Virus record (IMG/VR): IMGVR_UViG_3300035498_000877
Coordinates: 32,001-96,000 of that record
Length of the DNA stretch: 64,000 bases
Reading direction: 5' to 3' (one strand)
Origin: a virus
Taxonomy: Duplodnaviria; Caudoviricetes
The stretch's first letter is position 1, and the number at the start of each line of letters is the position of its first letter. The position numbers were made by a program, and so were the translations under genes. Positions 8,440 to 18,088 of this stretch are shown here, one piece after another. A model generated the notes under the pieces. The model was not told the origin of the DNA, did not search any database, and was given only the letters and a program-made list of their open reading frames with translations.

Positions 8440-9699
8440 TTATTTCTTATGCTTGGATAATATATCATCAAAATCAATATTGCAATTAAAGTTTATTTCT
8501 ATTTCTTCAGGCGAACTACTATCTTGCAATATTGTATTGCTTGTTGGCATTATTTCAGTAAGTCCATAATATCTGCCTTCTTTATCCTTAGCTATTAACA
8601 TATCATCATTTGTCATTCCAATGATTTTATATTCCTCTGTATTATTAGAATTATCCATATTACTTTTTGCCCCTTTACTTTTTGCATCTAATTCTTGAAT
8701 ATACAATTTATCCAAAAACCTTTTAAATATCTCAATAGCATGAGATCTTGATTTTAATGCATCATTATATCTATAAATATATCTAGGGCCTGTATCTCTA
8801 ACATGTATTGGTAAATCATAAGCATCAATAATATCATTAAAACTATAAACTCCTGGTAATGGTATAAATTTACTATCACCATCAGTTTCAGAATATGGGT
8901 CATATGCAGCTATATAAGTATATATAGAATCAGTTGCATAATGAAATGATATTTTAGCATCAATTTTATATTTTTCATCTTGTCTTCTTTTAGACAATGC
9001 TTCAAGAACTATTATGCCACTATGTATGTTTAACTGATATGCTGCATATACATAATCACAATCATTATATCTAAAATGATACTGATGATCACTATAATGC
9101 GATGTAACCATATGAGGTTTGGAATTTAATAATTCCTCAGTTTGATTGAATAGATCAAGATAAGTATATTTTTTCATTCTATTATTTATCTCCTTATATT
9201 CATTATAATATCTTAATAGTCTTGGCAATTGTTTATGTATGAAATATCTCATATCATTCCCATCTATCCATAGACACCTTATTTCATCAACCATATCTAC
9301 ATTATGGAATTCGCCTAATTTACCAATTTCAACAAATTTGAATTTATTAGAGGATAAATAATCTACTAAATAAACAAACATTCTATTGGTTTTATGATGA
9401 AATGAAAATCTAACCATTGGTACATATTTATCAGAATAAATTTCTTTATATATCTCTAAAACAATTGAATTCATTGGCATTACATATGCAATTGCTAGAT
9501 ATTTTATTCGTTCATGTTCTGATTCATTAATATTATCCGAAATTAATTCAAGTTGTTTATCACTAATATGATCAATAACTTTATGAGATTTTGATACTAG
9601 CAATTCTTTTGTGAAATTATATAAATCTCCATAAGTAAAAGGTTTAAAATCTTTTGTAAGGGTATATTTATCTGCTGCATCTATTTTGTGTTTCTTCAT
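8440..9699 (-). CDS. Hypothetical protein with two tandem DLxxxTxEL domains
   Basis: Internal duplication FTYGDLYNFTKELLVSKSHKV.DH.SDKQ / YTYLDLFNQTEELLNSKPHMV.SH.SDHQ. Confidence 0.8.
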   Translation of the reverse strand: MKKHKIDAADKYTLTKDFKPFTYGDLYNFTKELLVSKSHKVIDHISDKQLELISDNINESEHERIKYLAIAYVMPMNSIVLEIYKEIYSDKYVPMVRFSFHHKTNRMFVYLVDYLSSNKFKFVEIGKLGEFHNVDMVDEIRCLWIDGNDMRYFIHKQLPRLLRYYNEYKEINNRMKKYTYLDLFNQTEELLNSKPHMVTSHYSDHQYHFRYNDCDYVYAAYQLNIHSGIIVLEALSKRRQDEKYKIDAKISFHYATDSIYTYIAAYDPYSETDGDSKFIPLPGVYSFNDIIDAYDLPIHVRDTGPRYIYRYNDALKSRSHAIEIFKRFLDKLYIQELDAKSKGAKSNMDNSNNTEEYKIIGMTNDDMLIAKDKEGRYYGLTEIMPTSNTILQDSSSPEEIEINFNCNIDFDDILSKHKK

Positions 9700-9715
9700 T
9701 ATAATAGTTTCCTCC

Positions 9716-10240
9716 TTAATCTGTATATACCCTTACATATCTATATTTCCATTTATCACATTTATATTTATCTCCTTCACATGATAGAATTGTATAATCA
9801 CAATACCACTTATCAGAATCATATGGTTTTATTTGATATCCCTCATTTGCTAAGTATGACATAAATTCATCTTTAGTAATTTCTCTATCAAATGTGAATG
9901 TAGTATCATCATATCCATCCCCATAATATATTGGTTTATGATAACACTTCTTATCAATACATTTAAATGATAAACTTTCTTCATGTTTTGTTGGGATATA
10001 TTTGATAATATCTGCTAATTCATATACTGAACCACTTTCTGTATGTAATGTTAGCAAATTATCATCTCTTGTTGTCTCCATAATACGAGTAGTTATCAAT
10101 AATACATTATCAGTAGATATATCAATATATACTGCTCTCTTATCTTCTGTGAGAGATATATGGAATATCTTACCATTTAATATATCTCCTCTAAATCCTT
10201 CCATTGGTTTTGTTAGTGTGTACAATCTCATTATTTGCAT
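9716..10240 (-). CDS. Hypothetical protein
   Basis: 174-aa ORF with GAAAGG RBS. Confidence 0.75.
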   Translation of the reverse strand: MQIMRLYTLTKPMEGFRGDILNGKIFHISLTEDKRAVYIDISTDNVLLITTRIMETTRDDNLLTLHTESGSVYELADIIKYIPTKHEESLSFKCIDKKCYHKPIYYGDGYDDTTFTFDREITKDEFMSYLANEGYQIKPYDSDKWYCDYTILSCEGDKYKCDKWKYRYVRVYTD

Positions 10241-10253
10241 TTCCTTTCATTAT

Positions 10254-11987
10254 TTATTCTTCATCATCATATTCAACAAAATCAGATTGTTGAATAAGTT
10301 TGATTCTCTTAGTTGCATTGGCTTTTTCTTTACCTATTATATCTATATCTGAAACTAATGATTGTAATGATAATACCTTATCAAGATTCATATCATCAAT
10401 CAATCTTAATCCATTATTCTTTGCAAATGGATGTGCTAAATATGTAAACTTAGCAAACTCAGCTTCAGATTGATCTATACGTCTTCTTTTAACTACACTT
10501 AGTTCCATAAACTTATCATCAGTTCCTGGTTTATATGTAATATTACACAGACATACGAAATCTGCTGTTTCGCATACTTCCCATGCTGTACCGATATGCT
10601 CACGTCCAACTTGTTTTAATGGATCTGCTTTACCTAATCTAACAACATTATCCATTATTCCTGCAGCTGCTCTATTTAATTGATGAGCTGTAATTACTGG
10701 AATATCCAATATTACAGCTAAAGCTTTTAATTCATTTGAAATATGATTCAATTCCAATTTCTCATTATCGGGAGTTGGAACTGCAGGTGCAATTCGTTTC
10801 ATATAATCTAATACAATTGCACATACTTCCATATTCTCATCTCTTAGATCTTGTACTAATGTAAATAGATCATCTGTTGATATTTCTCTATATGAAAAGT
10901 ATTTCATTACAATTTCTATATTAGATTTATTTTTAGGCTCTTTTATTAATTGAGCTTCTAATGAATTACTATTCTCATCTTTTACAGTTACATCTTCCTT
11001 CAATACCTTTGTGATACCTAATACATCACAAATCATATCAGTTGCTTCTTCTTCTGAATAATTTGTCATAGGTTCATCAAATTCCATATTCCATAATCTT
11101 TCAATAACTTCAGTAAAGAAATTTTCCATTGTAATATATAATACACATGGTTTCATTCCTGGAGTTCTTGGTTGATAATCTGGATTATATTTTCGAATAT
11201 CGATAGCAGTTTTCTGCAACATTATTGATTTACCAGAACCTACTGCTCCTGCATATACATATAATCTTCCATTCATATAAGCTGGTGATAATAATGTATT
11301 TAATCTTCGAATACCTACTTTGAGAAGATTGCTAGATGCTGTTAGTGATTGCATTGTTTGAGATATGGAAGTTCTAACACTATCTGGATCACTAGTATTG
11401 AATGTTATCTTATTAGCTACCAAATTTGTGTTATGTTGAATATCAAGTAATGATTTAGATACTAAGAATAATCTATCAACTATTTCTTTGAATGCTCCTG
11501 GCTTGTCCATATCAATATCATCAAGTAAATCTATATACTGATCTTTCAGTGCAGTTATATATCCATATTGAAGTGCTTCTGCAATTAAATCATATATTGA
11601 TTTTACTTCAGGAGATGTGATAATATTTGGATCATTAATAGACGAATTAATAATATCAGCCTTAATGTTATCATACTCAGGTTCTCTTTTAGCAATTTCT
11701 GCTATAAGTTCAGGAGTTGTATATCCATCTAGCCATTTTTTAGATACATATTTAATACACCATATGTATGATAACAATTCCTGGTTGTTAGAATATTTAG
11801 TTACGTCGATATTATTAAATAGGATATTAATATTTTTTACTGCTTTATATGACCGGAATCCTGGATGTTCCATTAATAATATCTTCATTATATTTTTTAA
11901 AATCGGTCTTTTAAAGAATACAGATATTTTATCTAATTTAATATCTCCTACTTTTTTAAGATCGGACTTTTGTTTTTTAGTTGCCAT
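10254..11987 (-). CDS. dnaB: DnaB-like replicative helicase (jumbo phage type)
   Basis: Walker A GAVGSGKS, YITMEN, IVLDY, PVITAHQLNR; likely start MATKK after GAAAGG. Confidence 0.9.
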   Translation of the reverse strand: MATKKQKSDLKKVGDIKLDKISVFFKRPILKNIMKILLMEHPGFRSYKAVKNINILFNNIDVTKYSNNQELLSYIWCIKYVSKKWLDGYTTPELIAEIAKREPEYDNIKADIINSSINDPNIITSPEVKSIYDLIAEALQYGYITALKDQYIDLLDDIDMDKPGAFKEIVDRLFLVSKSLLDIQHNTNLVANKITFNTSDPDSVRTSISQTMQSLTASSNLLKVGIRRLNTLLSPAYMNGRLYVYAGAVGSGKSIMLQKTAIDIRKYNPDYQPRTPGMKPCVLYITMENFFTEVIERLWNMEFDEPMTNYSEEEATDMICDVLGITKVLKEDVTVKDENSNSLEAQLIKEPKNKSNIEIVMKYFSYREISTDDLFTLVQDLRDENMEVCAIVLDYMKRIAPAVPTPDNEKLELNHISNELKALAVILDIPVITAHQLNRAAAGIMDNVVRLGKADPLKQVGREHIGTAWEVCETADFVCLCNITYKPGTDDKFMELSVVKRRRIDQSEAEFAKFTYLAHPFAKNNGLRLIDDMNLDKVLSLQSLVSDIDIIGKEKANATKRIKLIQQSDFVEYDDEE

Positions 11988-12056
11988 GATGCTACTACTT
12001 CCTTTCACCATTTAATAATTTTATAATAAAATTTTTTAGAAAAGAGGTTATGAGAT

Positions 12057-15000
12057 ATGAAAGATATTAGTTCTTTATTTCTCACTGCGAAAGCAAGTGG
12101 ATCTCAAAAGGATGCTCTTGCATATTCTGAATGTATTCAAGACTTGTATCAGAATAAACCTAGTGAATATATCACAAAACTAGAATATATAATTCAATCT
12201 AATACTGGTTTAAATACATTCGATTCTTTCATTGAGAAATATGGTCTTCCAATATGTGCATATGATCATGTTATGCAGTGCTTTGAGAAATGTATAGATA
12301 AATGTAAGACTAATAAGAAAGATTCTTCTAAATATGAAGAAGAAAAAGAAAAACTTGAATCTTTCAAGAAGCAATATAAGAACTGCTTCTTGATGTATGA
12401 ATATTATCAGGATAAGTTAGATCCAAAATACTTCGATACTTACTATGGATTCAATGAGAATGGAATTCAGAAAAAGAAACTTATGGCTGGTATGATAAAT
12501 CAATTTGGAGAATCTGCAATTCCTGATATAATAATTACTGCTGATAAGATTGGCGATACTGCAATATATCAAACAGTTAAATATATTGAGTCATCTGATA
12601 AACTTGATGGTATTGCACATGAATTGATATCAGAATCATTTAAAGATATCAATATTAAATCAGATGCAATTACTGAGAAAGCACTTTCTCCAGTAGTAAT
12701 GAACATGATTCAGAGACATAATGCTCAGTTTACTGAAGCAATGGCTGTTCGAAATGATAATGCTGAGTATGATTATACTGAATCAGAAATAAATGCTATT
12801 CAGGATTTGATTTCATTATATGAATATCAAGTATTATGTCTTGAGGATGCTGATGAGAAACAGAAGTTGCAGAATACTATTTATTCTTTATATGAAGAGC
12901 TTGATGGTGTAATTGATGAATGTGGAAATATTATCAATTATAATGAAGGAAAGATTCTAGATAAAATCAAAGAGGTTCATAAAAAGAATAAGGAAAAACG
13001 TGGAGTAAAAAGTGAAGTATATGACCGTTTCCAGGATCTAGTAGATCATATTGCTCATATTGTAAAAGGCGAGATTAATTATGAGATAAAAGGATTTAAT
13101 AACAAAGCTAGATATTTTGATAGACTTCCAACTGATCCAAGTATAACAGTTACTGTAGGAAATGATCGTGAAGATATTTATGGTCTTAGTGCAGCAAGAA
13201 CATTAGTCGATGTTATGATGGCTGATAAATCTGAAGGAGATTTCTTTGAAAATTTATTCTTATTTATAAATATTGAATTCAAAACTAAGAGTTCATTAAC
13301 CAGAGGACAGAAAACTGATATCAGAAAAATTCTTGTTGATTCAATAAAGGAATCATGTACTCAATTAGTAAATAATAAAAAGATAGCATTGGATTTATCT
13401 CCTGAAGTTCATTCAGCAATGAATGATGATGTTAGTGGTAATAAAAGAACCACTACAAATACAACAACAAAAACTGATGCTGATGGAAATGTAGTAGATA
13501 AAAAAGTAGACATAGTAAATGAATATAAAACTACATGGACCTACAAGATATATGTCAATAAGAGCATTAAAGATGATATTGATTTTTCGGTATTTGAATC
13601 ATCTGATATAGATGAAGAAACTGCTGATTCAGTAATACCAATGTTACCAGCTAATGAGTCTGAATCATTGAGGCATGTCAATACTAGAAATAAGTTTTCT
13701 GGAGAAGCCCCGACATATTTGTCAAGTAATCACAATCTGAAATATGGTGAAGACGATTCAGATGAAGATAAAACTCTTGATGATTATAGAAGAGCATCAG
13801 CTGATGATAGACCTGAATCAGATGATGATCAAGTGGATGAACCTGATGTAGAACTTGATGATACTGATGGAGATACTGATACCGATGATAAGATTAAAAC
13901 AAATGATGATGACAATAGGGCTATTAATAATTACTATTATTATACCTATACCAATTCATTGAATAGGGTTAGCAATTCACATAATCAGGCTAATAGAGAT
14001 AATCATTCAGTTACAAGTTCTGATGATCATTCAATGAATAAAGGATCTAATAGAGATAATAATAGAAATAATAGATATGGAGAAGATACTCTAACTGAAG
14101 GATTATTTGATATATTTAATCGTACACATAATCAGGGAGATCCAGCATTTAGCAAAGCTAATGCAAATGCTCAGAATGAAATCAATCAGTTAAAATCAAA
14201 AGGTATATCTGATAAAATAATCAGAAAGCTAACTAATGATGTTCCAAATCATATTGAGATGTTAATAGATGATTGGAAAGTAGATGATGCCAATGATTAT
14301 CTCAAATTGCAATTTGATGTAGTTCCTGGAAAAGTATATGATGATTCAGGTACTAATATAGGACGTGATTTCCAGTATGTACCAATGGCAGCATATTATT
14401 TTTCTGATCAAATTTCTCCGTATGTTGGTAATATTATCTATGGTGGAAAACAATATCCTGATATTCCAGAGACAGAAGCATATATTGGCTTTGTAGAACC
14501 ACTTCAGCAATACATTAATTCATATGCTGGTGAATTAGATGATAAACCAACTGGAAATATATTAGCTGATATTAGAAAATATAATATCAAAGGTAAAAAG
14601 ATATATCTGAAATCTAATGGTCAGATTGGATTTGAACTTGATAGTGATATTGATCCTGAACATGAGATTGGTATTAACTATGATGGAAATAATCCTGAGC
14701 ATAGATGGACAGTTGGTCAAGGTGATACTGCATTTGAATCAGTTGCATTTAAAGAAGACGCTTCTGATCAAAAACCTGAATCAGATCATCCAATTAAAGA
14801 TACTGCAATGGATATTGATAGATCTCTTGGAAAAGTTCAGCAAGGAGCTAAGAGAAAAGTACAGAATGTGATCAATGCTGGTACTGCAATTACTAAACCA
14901 GTAAAACGAACATACCAATGGATTACAAAACTCGTATATGATTATAAAGATAAAGATGAAAATCGTATCAAAGAAGATATGGCCGATCCTAAGAAACGTA

Positions 15001-15353
15001 GCGGATTAATGAAAGCATTTCGTGAAGCTATAAGAATAGGAGCACTTGCTAAAGCAGGGCTTTTGCTAAATCCAGTATTTATGTATCTTAATATATCTAA
15101 TAAGATGAAAAAGAATGATAAAGAAAAAAGAATTCGAAGAGAGATTATTGGAGAATTAAGAACAGAATTAGATATCATGGATGAGAAGATCGAATATGCT
15201 AGAAGTCATGGTGATCAAAAGAATCAATATCAACTTATGCGTCTGAAGAATGAATTGCAAAAGAAACTTGTTCGTGTAAGTGGAGACGATTCTGGTGGAG
15301 TACCTAGTATGTGGAGAGCAGGAAGTCATAGACGTTTCAGTGAATTAGTCTAA
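12057..15353 (+). CDS. Large virion/internal head protein, probably protease-processed
   Basis: 1098 aa upstream of the capsid gene; acidic linkers, repeated (F/Y/L)-x-E candidate cleavage sites, C-terminal coiled coil. Confidence 0.65.
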   Translation: MKDISSLFLTAKASGSQKDALAYSECIQDLYQNKPSEYITKLEYIIQSNTGLNTFDSFIEKYGLPICAYDHVMQCFEKCIDKCKTNKKDSSKYEEEKEKLESFKKQYKNCFLMYEYYQDKLDPKYFDTYYGFNENGIQKKKLMAGMINQFGESAIPDIIITADKIGDTAIYQTVKYIESSDKLDGIAHELISESFKDINIKSDAITEKALSPVVMNMIQRHNAQFTEAMAVRNDNAEYDYTESEINAIQDLISLYEYQVLCLEDADEKQKLQNTIYSLYEELDGVIDECGNIINYNEGKILDKIKEVHKKNKEKRGVKSEVYDRFQDLVDHIAHIVKGEINYEIKGFNNKARYFDRLPTDPSITVTVGNDREDIYGLSAARTLVDVMMADKSEGDFFENLFLFINIEFKTKSSLTRGQKTDIRKILVDSIKESCTQLVNNKKIALDLSPEVHSAMNDDVSGNKRTTTNTTTKTDADGNVVDKKVDIVNEYKTTWTYKIYVNKSIKDDIDFSVFESSDIDEETADSVIPMLPANESESLRHVNTRNKFSGEAPTYLSSNHNLKYGEDDSDEDKTLDDYRRASADDRPESDDDQVDEPDVELDDTDGDTDTDDKIKTNDDDNRAINNYYYYTYTNSLNRVSNSHNQANRDNHSVTSSDDHSMNKGSNRDNNRNNRYGEDTLTEGLFDIFNRTHNQGDPAFSKANANAQNEINQLKSKGISDKIIRKLTNDVPNHIEMLIDDWKVDDANDYLKLQFDVVPGKVYDDSGTNIGRDFQYVPMAAYYFSDQISPYVGNIIYGGKQYPDIPETEAYIGFVEPLQQYINSYAGELDDKPTGNILADIRKYNIKGKKIYLKSNGQIGFELDSDIDPEHEIGINYDGNNPEHRWTVGQGDTAFESVAFKEDASDQKPESDHPIKDTAMDIDRSLGKVQQGAKRKVQNVINAGTAITKPVKRTYQWITKLVYDYKDKDENRIKEDMADPKKRSGLMKAFREAIRIGALAKAGLLLNPVFMYLNISNKMKKNDKEKRIRREIIGELRTELDIMDEKIEYARSHGDQKNQYQLMRLKNELQKKLVRVSGDDSGGVPSMWRAGSHRRFSELV

Positions 15354-15390
15354 TGATTTCTAATATAATATGAAAGGAGGTGAATTAGGA

Positions 15391-15972
15391 GTGCCAACAG
15401 ATAATATATTTGAAAGATTTTTATTTGAAGCTCCAGATGATGATCCACCTGATGATGGAGGAGCTCCGCCAGATCTTGATGATACTATGGATATGGGAGA
15501 TACATCTGATGCATCTAATGATGATCCACCACCAGATATTGACGATGGAGCCGGAGGAGAAGGATTTGATACATTTGATGATCAATCTGATGATATGGGC
15601 GATCAAGGTGGAGATGATCAACCAAGTGAAGAAGATCAATTAAACAATATGAAGTTAAATGAAAAGATATCTGCGATAATGAATATGAATCTTTATCAAA
15701 GATATCTTTCACTATTGAATAATATATCAAATCAACTTACTATGATAAAGGATAATAATGACTTACTGTCATCAATCTCAAGTGAATCTTTAGATGTAGT
15801 AGAAGCACTGAATAAACTCGACGAGAATATTCATCTATATTTAAAGAATAACTTTATGAATGAGGACTATAGTAAGAATTTACTATTCTTTAATAAGTGC
15901 ATAAACTTATTAAAACTTTTGAATGATTCTTTTAATGACAAAGTACATAAAGGAATTAGATCAATAAAGTAA
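15391..15972 (+). CDS. Acidic head-associated (scaffold-like) protein
   Basis: GTG start after AGGAGG; D/P-rich N-half (FLFE|APDD) and helical C-half; immediately before the capsid gene. Confidence 0.55.
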   Translation: MPTDNIFERFLFEAPDDDPPDDGGAPPDLDDTMDMGDTSDASNDDPPPDIDDGAGGEGFDTFDDQSDDMGDQGGDDQPSEEDQLNNMKLNEKISAIMNMNLYQRYLSLLNNISNQLTMIKDNNDLLSSISSESLDVVEALNKLDENIHLYLKNNFMNEDYSKNLLFFNKCINLLKLLNDSFNDKVHKGIRSIK

Positions 15973-16057
15973 CCATATGTTAAAAATCTACAAATCTACA
16001 ATCCAAACAAAATTGTGTTAGGTAGTAAAATATTTTAGTAAAGGAGATAATAAAGAT

Positions 16058-17914
16058 ATGAACAGACAGGGAAATGTCAGCTGGTTCTATGAATCAGCAG
16101 CTAACAATGGCAACAATGCCTATGTTGCACCAACTTCATCATTTGGTGCTTATCAGCAAGATAGCAATTTCAAGTCATTTGATGAAAAATTCAATGATCT
16201 TTGTAATGAGTATAAGGAGAGTGCTGGTATTGATATCAAGAAGGATATCACAGCAATGCTGTCAGATAAGGGATTCATGGAGGAGTATAAGCAGAGTTTG
16301 CTTGAGCCTGTATTTGAAGCTTATCTTGAGCAGTGCCCAAATGATCCTCATGCTAAGTCAGTAATTGATAATGTAGAGAGATTCTGGGATACAAAGGTTA
16401 AGTCATATACTGAGTCTGCTTCAATCACTGGTTTCCTTCCAATTGCTACATTGGAGTTCCCAGTTCTTGTTAAGCAGTTCTTCTCTTCAATTATGAAGGA
16501 TATCATTGAGGTTGAGTCTGTAAAGACACCTAATATCACAAAGCATGTTAGAACAACATACATGGTTGATAATCAGACAGGTGAAGAGTATGAATATCCT
16601 AGGTGCATGTTTGATGGTACATGGGAAAAGCTTTGGGAAGCATCTAAGGGTCATAAGATTCGTGAAGAGGTAGTTCCTCTTGATAATGGTAAGCTCTATA
16701 AGTTCCCTATTGTTGAGAAGCTTACAGATGGTGTTCCTGGAATTGATAAGCTTTCTTTCAATTTCAAGATCATTGCTATTCAGGTAGGTGGAGAAGTTGT
16801 AAATCTTCCTGGAAATGGAATCACAGTTGAGTTCTCTACAAATGGTACTCTTGTTAATGGTGATCTTAACTTCGAGCATGATGGAACTCAGATTGAGGAT
16901 ACAATTGCTGGTCAGGTTGATTTCAAGAATGGTACAGTTTCACTTGCAGCTACGAATGGTCAGGTTACAGGTGTTGTATTCCAGGGTTATCTTTCAAATG
17001 AGAAGAACCTTAGAAGTATCTCAGTTCGTGAGAAGAGAGATATTTTGAGATTCACAATTGAAGATGGTCCACGTTGGAACATGCCATTCTCTATTGAAGA
17101 GATTGAAGACGCAGCTGCTCTTCTTGATATTAATTACTACAATAGAATGGTAGATGAGATTACTCGTACACAGGAAATGCAGGAGTGCATGACTGTTATC
17201 AAGTTCTTGAATGATGAGTTTGCTAAGTTCAATGGTGTTAAGACTGATACATATAAGCTTGAGTCTCTTGCTAATACATATACAGTTGATATCAAGGCAC
17301 CGGATTACTTCGCAGGTGATCCATTTGATTACATTTCAAAAGCTATTCAGTTTAGAATGAAAGCTATTATTCATCAGATTGAAGAGACAACAAAGTTGGA
17401 TGATCTCTCATTTGTTGTATCTGGTAACCCAATGGCTTGCCAGTTAATAGCTCCATTCACAAGCTGGAAGATTTCTCAGGGTACATCAATTGGTGGTATC
17501 TCTGTAAATGGATCATATGGATTTGCTACAGATATGGGAGCAAATGTTCGTGTAGTTGCATCTAACCTTTATGATGCATATACAGTTGATCCTACAGATG
17601 AGACAGGTAAGCGTGAGCTTGTTCTTAACATCTATGCTTATCCTACATCACCTGATAGAATTACATTCCGTCATCTTAAGTATACATCACACTTGATGAC
17701 ATCTCAGAACCAGACGGCATATCAGTCAACACAGGCTCCTGGTGGTGCATATAACATTGTAACTGCTACATCAAGATTTAAGGATATGAGCATTCAGGGT
17801 ATTCAGGCTAGACTTGTTATCCTTAACTCTGATAAGGTTTATGGTTTAGCTCCAGAGATTCCTCCTATTGTTGGATCTCCATGGCTTGAGCCTACAGCAG
17901 CTGCACAGCCTTAA
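16058..17914 (+). CDS. Major capsid protein precursor
   Basis: 618 aa; strongly biased high-expression codon usage (AAG/GAG/CAG); propeptide-like N-terminus ending ..SYTE|SAS; HK97-like C-terminal features (IEEIEDAAALLDINY; VVSGNPMACQLI); strong terminator downstream. Confidence 0.8.
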   Translation: MNRQGNVSWFYESAANNGNNAYVAPTSSFGAYQQDSNFKSFDEKFNDLCNEYKESAGIDIKKDITAMLSDKGFMEEYKQSLLEPVFEAYLEQCPNDPHAKSVIDNVERFWDTKVKSYTESASITGFLPIATLEFPVLVKQFFSSIMKDIIEVESVKTPNITKHVRTTYMVDNQTGEEYEYPRCMFDGTWEKLWEASKGHKIREEVVPLDNGKLYKFPIVEKLTDGVPGIDKLSFNFKIIAIQVGGEVVNLPGNGITVEFSTNGTLVNGDLNFEHDGTQIEDTIAGQVDFKNGTVSLAATNGQVTGVVFQGYLSNEKNLRSISVREKRDILRFTIEDGPRWNMPFSIEEIEDAAALLDINYYNRMVDEITRTQEMQECMTVIKFLNDEFAKFNGVKTDTYKLESLANTYTVDIKAPDYFAGDPFDYISKAIQFRMKAIIHQIEETTKLDDLSFVVSGNPMACQLIAPFTSWKISQGTSIGGISVNGSYGFATDMGANVRVVASNLYDAYTVDPTDETGKRELVLNIYAYPTSPDRITFRHLKYTSHLMTSQNQTAYQSTQAPGGAYNIVTATSRFKDMSIQGIQARLVILNSDKVYGLAPEIPPIVGSPWLEPTAAAQP

Positions 17915-17987
17915 TTAGCTTTTTAATAATTCCAATCATCCTCCATTGGATATTATTATGCCTATACGATTCGGAAACTTGCCGTAG

Positions 17988-18017
17988 TGTAAGAGGGTGC
18001 TTCGGTACCCTCTTACA
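17988..18017 (+). terminator. Strong hairpin with cUUCGg tetraloop after the capsid gene
   Basis: TGTAAGAGGGTGC-TTCG-GTACCCTCTTACA. Confidence 0.85.
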
Positions 18018-18088
18018 TTAGCTTTTGCCTAATTACTATTTTATAATTAGTAAAAAATCTTAGATTATAATAAAGGAGGAAACTCGAT

